A DNA stretch of 64,000 nt from a virus. The notes beneath the pieces were generated by a model that worked only from the letters and a program-made list of their open reading frames with translations, was not told where the DNA came from and did not search any database. Below are positions 26,001 to 35,000 of this stretch, piece after piece; position 1 is the first letter of the stretch, and the number at the start of each line of letters is the position of its first letter. The stretch is taken from positions 1 through 64,000 of the IMG/VR virus record IMGVR_UViG_3300037722_000226. One strand, 5' to 3'. Both the position numbers and the translations under genes were made by a program.

Positions 26001-29000
26001 CTTTATTGGAGCGCGAACCGGAGTCTCGATATTGGATGCCGGGAATACCGAGCGCCTCGAGCGCCATCGACGCCGCGCGACTGCTCGGGTCGCCCGTCGC
26101 GACCACGAGCGCCCCGTACATTCCGCCGCCGGTTGTGTTGGGCGCCTCGAGTGCGTCTTTCAGGCCGGCCGAATGGGCCTGATCGTATGACTTGGCCAGC
26201 GCGCGCAGTCGTTCGCGAAGCGCCGCCGGCAGCTTTGCGTCCCAATTCAGCATTCGATCGACAGCCTCGTCCGGGATCTCGACCTCGTAAACGTGGCCCT
26301 CGCCGTTGACCTGGATGTCTGTTGGGTCGACGTTCTTCAATAGCTTGGCCTCGTCGCGCATCTCGCGCGCGGCGTCGCTCCTGCCTGAGCGTTCTGCGCG
26401 CGCGGCGTATTTCTCAAGATTCGCCGCGGCCTTCCCGCGCCCGATCTTCTTGGCCATGTGGAGCGCCATCGCGCGCGGCTCGCCGAAGCTGTATACCCGC
26501 CCCTTGTACGTGACGCTCTCGTACTCCTGCTCGCCACGGGCCGCCTTGCCGGCGGTTTGGTACTCAGTGGCAACCGCCTTCATCTCGGCGAAGTAGAGTC
26601 CCCACCCGAACGCCTGAACGCCCTCGCCATCGCCAATCTTGTCGAGCCTGAAATTGCCGAACCGATGCCGCGAGCCGTGGTACGCAACCATCAGATTCGC
26701 GGTCGCGTCGGCTTGGCTCATTGCTGTGTGCACCGGAGCGCCAGCGCCGGTCTTAGCGTAGCGCGACGCCTGCCGGATCAGATCGCGAGCCTCGAGCGTC
26801 GTCAGACTGAACGACGCGCCGAAGATCGACTGCAGCATGCGGTTCAGCGCAAGCACGAAGCGCCCGAAGGCGTTCTTCATGCGCTGACTCGCGGTGCCAG
26901 CCTCCATCTCGGTCGCGATCCACGCGACGATCTCGTTTCCGACGATGTTGCGGCCGGCGTTGGTTCGCATGTCCGCCCGATACGACTGCGCCAGCTCGAC
27001 GGCCATCTTCGGGAACGTCCGCAGCATGAAGTCGGCGACCATTCGGTAGTTCGAGCCGAAATACTGATAGGCCGCGTAGTGCCCCAGGATCTCGTGCACG
27101 ACCGTCTGCGTGAGCTGCCGCTTGCTCGTGATGTTATCGGCGAAGATCCACACGGCATTGCGCTCTTGAACATGCAGCCCGCGCGCCGTGCGCCGCGGAT
27201 CACGGCGATCGAGACTCTGTTTCAAGTCTTCTGGCATGCCGAGCATCTCGGCGCGCGTCGTGACGATCAGCCTGGCCGGTATGTTTTCCCAGCGAGCCGT
27301 GAACCGTTCTACAAACGCCCGCGCGGCCTTGACACCGATGCCTTTGCCCTTCTCGGCAGCCGAGCCGATGATCGGCTCTGCATCCATGTCGATGTCAGAG
27401 TCGGCCCTATCGGGCCTTGGCTCGGCAGAAGATCCTCCATCGCGACCGGCGATCTCGCGCGCGGCCTTCAAGTTTTCAATCGCCTGGAATGCAGCGCCGG
27501 CACGCTTCAGTGCGTCGATGACGGTCGCGGCCTGCACTTCGGAGATGTCCGCGCGCATTCGGTTTCCGACGCTCACGAAATCCTGGCCGATCGCGTTCAG
27601 CACCGCGCGATTCAGGTAGTACCGGCCGCCGCCGCTCTTTGCGGACAAGACCTCGATACGCAGCCCATCGCCGTTCTGTTTGATCAAGACGGCGTTGTCG
27701 CTCGAGTGCGCTTCGTGGCCAGTCCGCACGAATTCGACGACCTGATCGGCTCTACGCAGCGCGACCGGCATATCGGCCTGCGCCTTATCGTAGTTATAGC
27801 CGCGCGGCATGATGATGCCCTGGCGCACGCCGCCATCGGCATCGGTGAAGTTGATGATCGAGCCGCGGCCGCCGACGTGCTCGAAGCCGGCAAGTAGGTT
27901 CCCCGTGACGAGCGTCCGCTCTTCGCGTGCCTCGGCTTGCAGCTCATCGAACGCGCGGATCACTGTGACGTCGCCGAGGATGTGCTTCTCCGGCATGATC
28001 GCGCTGCGCGTCATCGAGAGATCGCCGACCGTCTGCGCGACGTCGAGCTGGCTCATCGGGATCGTCTGACGCCGCGACGAATCGGCCATCGCGAGCGTGA
28101 CTTTCCACGATCCGAGCGCAACCGGGTTTTTCGGCTCGCCCTTCTGCTCGACCTTGATGACGACGCCGTAGTAGTTGCCGGCGTTCGTCTGAATGCGCAC
28201 AGACTGGCCAACGAACGCCACGGACATCAGATCGCGGAAGCGGCTGACTTGCCCGTCTATTCTGGCATTGGCGTTGTCGCGCGCTTCCGGCGTTTCGAGA
28301 TCGTCGACGATTTCTCGACGGTACTCCCGCACGAGACCTTCGACTCGAGCGACGGTTTCTGAGGCGGCGGCGCGGCCGCGCAGCAACGCCGGACCCATGT
28401 CATCGGCTGAAAGTCTCGAAGGCTCGATGCCAAGCTCTTCGGCAATGAACGCGAGTACTTCCTCCGTCTTGTGCGGTTTGCCCAACCGCTTCACATCGGC
28501 CTTCTCGACGTAGACGCCATCGGCGAACGGGCTGTCGATGCCCTGCGGCGCGATGACTTGCTTGCGGTCGGTTACGCGCGCATCGAGCGCGAGCGTCCGG
28601 GCCTCGAGCACAGACTCGCCAGCGGCCTCTTTCTGGCGAAGCAAATCTTCGTACTCGGTCTCGAGCAGTTCATAGATATGCTCCTGCTCTTCGATCGGCA
28701 GCAACGGAATTCTGCCCGTGACCTTCCGCGCGGCATCGAGATAATCGAAGCCATCTTCGTCAGGCTCGCCCAGCGGCTTCCCGAGCTTCTTGTGGATCTC
28801 GTAATTGTCGGCCATGAGACGGGCCGCGATGATGTCGCCGTACTCGTTCATGAAGTCCGGCACGTTCTCGGCCTTGAGCGCGTGGCCGCGGCTCGCCGTG
28901 GTGTTGGCGTTCAAGCTCGCCATCTTCTTCGATAGCACAGCTGCCGGGCGCTTCACCGCCGGCACGTCGGCCACGAGCTGATCGTACTCGGGGAGCACGA

Positions 29001-32000
29001 CCTGTCCCGTGCGGTTGATGCGGCCAAGCATCTGCATGTGCGTATCGATGTTCTTCTCGGCCTGAGCAATGATCATTCGGCGCTTGCGCTGATCCTTGAA
29101 CTTCTCGCTCGCATGCAGAGACAGGCCCGTGCTGCCGGCCTGGTTGATGATCATCGCGTCGAGGTCGCCGCGGTTGAACCCTGAGATCGTCTCGCGGCGG
29201 CCGCGGATGCTGGTCTCGCGCGATGAACGCACGCGATAGAACGGCCCGCCCTTGCCGTAGTCGAGCGTGTGCTGCCGCCCCGTGATCTCGCCGACCTTAT
29301 AGCCGGCCTCGGAGAGCCGATTGCGGATATGGTCGATCGGCGAGACCGGCAGCGCGCTGAAGTCCATGTTGCGAATGATCTCGCGCGTGCTTTCGTAGAT
29401 GCCCACACCGATCGGCCCGATCTCGTCGTCGGTCAGGTATTTGCGCTCGCCTTTGCCCTTCTGGAATGGCTTGCGCAGCGTGATCCAGCGCGTGCGCTCG
29501 AGGTAGCGGTTAAGCAGCGCGTTGAAGTCGATCGCGATCTTGTCGCCCTGGTTGATGTTGAGCCCTTCAACGAATTCTTCGATGAACGCGCCCATCGTGT
29601 TCGAGACCGTGATGACGGGCTTTTCGCCTTTCTTCAAAGCCTCGATCGCCTGCGTTGCAGCCGCGTCAGACGTGATCGACAACAGCATTTGGTCGATCAG
29701 GTTGTGCATGATCGCCGTGAAGTTGGTCGACGCCGCGCCAGCACCGCCGGTCGATCCGTCTCCGGTGATCGACTTGCCCTCTGATTTCAGCTCCCTGTCG
29801 ATGCGCTTGGTGGCAGCCGGGACGAATTTCTCGCTGAACTCCTGAATCATCGCGAGCGCGCGGCTGTAGTCGGCGTAAGACTTGCGCGAGACGTTGACGG
29901 TTGTCGCGTTGTACACGATGCCGTCGAACGACCGCTCGCGGCGCATGTACTGACCGGCGCCCGCGAGCATCGACGCAACGACTTGCTGCATCGGCACGCC
30001 GCCCTTCTGGATCGCTTCGGCAAGATTCGAGATGTCCGATACGGCGAGTCGCATGTCGGTGCTCGCGTATAAGTCCATCACATCCGGGCGCTTCGCGTAG
30101 GTAGCCGAGCTATAGAACACGCCATGCGCGATTTGCGCGAGCTGCCGGGCGAATGTCGATCGGTTGACGATCGGCTTCTTGCCCTCCATCTGCTTCACAG
30201 ATCCGCCAGCATTGTGGCTTTCGTCGAACATCACGATGCCGCCATTGGCCATCGTCTCGAGAAAGCGCATGCGCGGCGTGACATCGCCCTTCAACGTCTG
30301 CATCTGCGAGTACGTTGTGAAAACCACATCGTATTGGCCAAGCGTGCCGGACTCTGCAATTTCGTCGAGCAGCCTGTTGTGCTCTTGAGCGCCGCCTGAT
30401 TTCAGCGTGTATTTGCCTTCTTCGTCGAGCGGCACCGCCTGAGCGGAATTGGTCATCAGAATATTGACTTCCCTGCCAAGCATCTTCTGAATGCCGATGT
30501 CCGTGAGGTCACGGTACATATCGCCGTAGAGGTTCGGCTTCTCGGTAACGAAGATCGGCGTGCGCTTCGCGCGGATCGCATAGCGGATCACGCCGGCCAC
30601 AACTCGGCCCTTACCAACGCCAGTTTGATCGCCGACGATGAATCCGGCACCGCGCTCGAGGTTATCGAGACCGAGCGCCAGCGCGTCGACTTGCTCGGCG
30701 CCGAAATACTCGCTCAGTTCGTCGGGCTTGTAGTCGAGGCGATCGGCGACGAATTGCTCGATGCTGCCGACGCGGCGCTTCAGCGACTCAAGCGCATCCT
30801 CCATCGCCGTCTGCATGTTGACGGGCACGAGCGTACCCATCGACGGCGCAGTGCTCGCCGGGCGGTACGGGACTTGGAGAAGTGATTCGCCTTCGGCGGC
30901 AGTTACCGCAACACGTCGAGGACGTCGTTCAGCGTCGTCACCGCGCTCGGCTTCGGCAGGCTTTCGCGGCTCAGGTTCAGCCGGTCGAGTATCGCCGGGT
31001 TCTCGCTCCAAAGGTCGGTCACGAATTGCTGCGGGTTCGACCGGCGCGGGCTGCTCGCGCTGTCGATCAGGCCGCGCTTCTCCGCTTCGGCCGCGATCTC
31101 GTTCATCGCGGTCTGCGGGTCGCTGCTCGATCGAATCACGCTCTCGAACCGGCGGCCGTAGGCCGACAGGAGCGCTTTCGTATTGAGCATCGAGTTTCTC
31201 CGCTAACGATTCCCAGGACTCATAGAGCCTTGGCGGCTGCACCGCGGGGAGCGGCATGGATGATTTGCCGCGCCCGCGGATCACGATCACGTCAATCGGC
31301 CATCCGGCGCCCTGCTTTTCGTACAGCTCGCCGGCCACCGTGAAGTGGTCGACGACATTGTACTGCGCATAGAGCTTGAGATAGAACTCCCGCTTGGCCT
31401 TGGAGTTGTAGGCATCCGATCGCGCCTCTTCGCTCCGGGCGAGCTTGTTGATCGAGCCGACGATCAGGACGCCGGAGCCGTCGTCTCTCATGACGTCGAG
31501 CGCCTTCATCGAGATGGCGTGATCGATCTCGCCCGTGCTGTATTCGTCGTCGACCTGGAAGCGCTCGGTCTGGCCGCGCTCGTTTTTCACGACGCCAAAT
31601 GGCGGATTACCTATGACCACATCGAAGGTGCCGCGTGGCTTCCAGCGTGCGGCGTCGTTCTCTGTGACGTCGACAAATGGCATCGTCGCGCGCAGATTCG
31701 CGGCCCGGTCGGCGTTCAGCTCGTTTGCCTTGACCATACCGGCGTCGGCCGCCTGGACGGCAGTCATGAGCAGCGCGCCGTTGCCGGCGGACGGTTCGTA
31801 GACCGTCGAATTTGACGTAATGCCAGCGGCTTGCGCAGCGAGATAGGCCAACGGCACCGGAGTCGAGTACGCCTGCTCGGCGACGCTCGTGCTCGTGCGC
31901 GTGCCCAAGCGAGGCATCTGCGCATACAGCGCCACGAGCTTCCCGTAGATCACACGCGGCGTGCCGCCGGCCATCACGATCTCGCGCGCGCGCATCGTGG

Positions 32001-35000
32001 CGCCCAGCTCGATCGCCTCATCAACCATCTTCGCATCGGCCGTGCCAGACTTCACATTGCGGCCGAGCACTTCGGCCGCGGCGCGGCGCGCTTGAATGAT
32101 CGACCCGAATCCGTCGCCGCTCGCAAAGAGGCGCGCGAACATACGGCCGAGCTTCACGACTTCGGATGCATCTCGCTCGGCGCGCGCCGATTCAAAATCA
32201 GTGATGCCCATGCTGCCAGCGCCTGGACGGAGTGGGGCGACTTCATTGATGTCAATTTCGCCGCCTACCAAAGCCCATAATTCGCTGCCGATCTCTTCCA
32301 GCTCAGCATCCGAAAGATCGCCATCTCCAGTCTCTTCCGCATGAGCCCGACCCATCTCAATCAATTCATGTTTGGTCGGCTCTCGCCGCGCGCGCGCGGC
32401 AGCGAAATCAGCGACGGGCTTAGTCTCTCGCGGCTCACTCGACGTGCTTTCCGAAATCGTGCGGTCCCGCAAACCGATGCGGATCGTGGTAATGGCGACG
32501 TCATCAGACTTTCCCGTAACCGGCTTCTTGCTCTCGCTCTGTGCCCACGCGGCGAACTTGGCCGGCTCCATCGGCATGATGCCACTGAAAATTCGAGCGG
32601 AAATGTTGTCGCTGTAAGAGCTGGCGAACGCCTCAAGCGCAGCCTGTGCCGACTCGAAGCCGATCATGACCTTGTGCTCGTCGAACGTCTTGCCGTCACT
32701 GAGCTTGTTCGTGTCGATGACGTACACGGGCAGCGTTTCGTCACTCGCGCGCGGACCCAAGAACGCATCGAGCTTGTCGCCGTCCGCACCCTCGACGTCG
32801 CCGCGCGCGTAGTGCGCTGGCATCTTGTTGAACCATGACTCGTCGCGCATCTTCCGCAATCGGTCGGCCAGTGCCCGCGTCCTGCCGAGATCACCGCCAG
32901 CTCCGCGGAGATTGCGCTCGAAGCTCTTCGCGGCCTCGAACGCTTCAGGAATGCGCCCGCCGCGCAGAAGATCGAGGACTCGTTCGTGCTCTGTCGCCCC
33001 GACGTAGCTCTTTGCCTGCTTCGCCACGTCGATCAGCGTTTGCTCATCGAACTTGAACCGATACGAGCCCTTCGGATTCTCGACTTTCCACGTGACGCCG
33101 TGGAGCTTCACGGGCTCGCCGAGCTTGTAGTTGCCCTCGCCGTTCGCTTCCTTCTGCGCCTGCGTCGGCTGCGGTCGATCGTTCTGCGGCGACGTCGCGG
33201 CGGCGTGCGCGGCGGCGTCGATGTCTTTCTGAGTCAGCGCCGCGGCCGCGACGTCGGCTTTCTCGACGTCGGCGCCGCTGTCCATCTCATCGGCGAACTC
33301 GGCCGCGCGCGGATCGTACTTCACGGCCATGTACCAGCTCTTGAGGTACGGCCGGATGGCGTCTCCCAAGTCGTCGATCATCGCCTTCGAGTACGCCGCG
33401 AACGTGCGCGCGCCCTTCTCGATGTGATAACCGGCGAGCGTGATGCCCGCCTGCATCATCTCCGGGTCGATGCCGGCGCTCGCGGTCCCGAGCTTCGATT
33501 TCAGGAGCGCGCGCGCCTTGGCCGCGGCGTCCTCGGTGAAGATTTTGTTCGGGGATGCTTTCGGCTTCTGCTTCTCGAATGCGCCAGCTCGACGAAGCGC
33601 ATCGCGCTGCGCTGATTCAGGCGTGTCGCCGTAACCCCTTTCCGAACTCCACGGAGACAGCCGTCTGGCAACGGCTGAATACTTGCCGCCGCGAACCTGT
33701 TGTTCTTGTGCGGATGTTACCGCTTGCGCCGGATCGACCTCGAAGCCTTGAGGCGCAGTTGTTATCGGCGTCGCGGTCGGCCCAGCTCCAGTCCCACGCT
33801 CTTCTTCCGTCAGATAGTCGTCGCTGCGCGCATCGCGATCAACACCCGTCCGCATACCCTCGCGAGTCGGAACGAGACTCACGGTTTCGCTTACCCGGAC
33901 GCCGCTCTCGGCGTAGGAGCGCACGCCGCTCGCGTCCTCGTAGATCGGCAAGCCGCGGGCGTTGCGGCCGATGGCGCCTGGCGGTATGGGTCCGGTTACT
34001 TCCCTCTCGCCCGCGGGTTGAACCGCGGCCTCTTCACTCCGTACTGCGGCGCGCGCACCTTCGGCGGCTGAATCTTCTTTTCCGGTCTTGGGCGGTTTAG
34101 CACGGGTCGATTGGCCATCGGCGGCATCCTTTACTTTGCGACGCGGGGTTGCGTCAGTGATGATGATTGGCTTGCGCGCAGCGCGCGCGGCGTCGGCTAT
34201 GCGGTCGGCTTCTTCGCCGCGGGGAGCTTGATCTTGATCTGCCAGCCCTTCCCCACGCCGGCTTCTTCGAGTCGCGCCTGGAGGCTGCTCACCGCGGCCC
34301 GCGCGGACCCCTTGGGTTTCGCGCTCTTGTTTGTGCTGTCGGAGTTGCTGGTCTGCTTCATTTAATGTGCTGCCAGTGCCATAGCTTATCCCAAGTCCTT
34401 CGAGAGTGATCGTTTCTCCGTCTGGGGATGTGGCCTCGATGGTGGCCATCGCCAGGCGCTCTTCGATGTGCTCCATGATGCCGGCGATTTCTTCAGGCGT
34501 GGCGCCCTCGATCGCGAACTCGTCACCCGACAAGTGATAGCCGCGATCCGTCGCGTTGCCGATCGCATCGCCGATCGCGCGCAGCATTTCATCGCCGGCT
34601 TGGTGGCCGAGCGAGTCGTTCACCCATTTGAGCGAATCAGCGTCGATGGCAACCTGGATCGGCTGTCGTTCCGCTTCGTCGTAGGCGCGGCGGTTCCTGA
34701 GTCCTGTCAGCTGGCTCGTCAGTAGCTCTGCCCGCATTTCCTCGGGAGTCATTTCCGACACGCGGGACCGGCGAGCGATGTCCTGCCGGCGGTCTTGGTC
34801 ACGCCGATCGGCCGGCGTCTGGGCGCGTACCTCCGCATCGATTTCCAGGTCGATCTCATCGAGCACGATGCCAACGGCTCTCTGCTCGCGGCCGGTCAGC
34901 TGCTCTCCGGCAATCGCTTTATCGATCGCAGTTTGGACCGCGCGCACCGTCATGCGCGGCTGCATGTTCTGAAACCACGCCGGATTGGTTGACGACGTGC

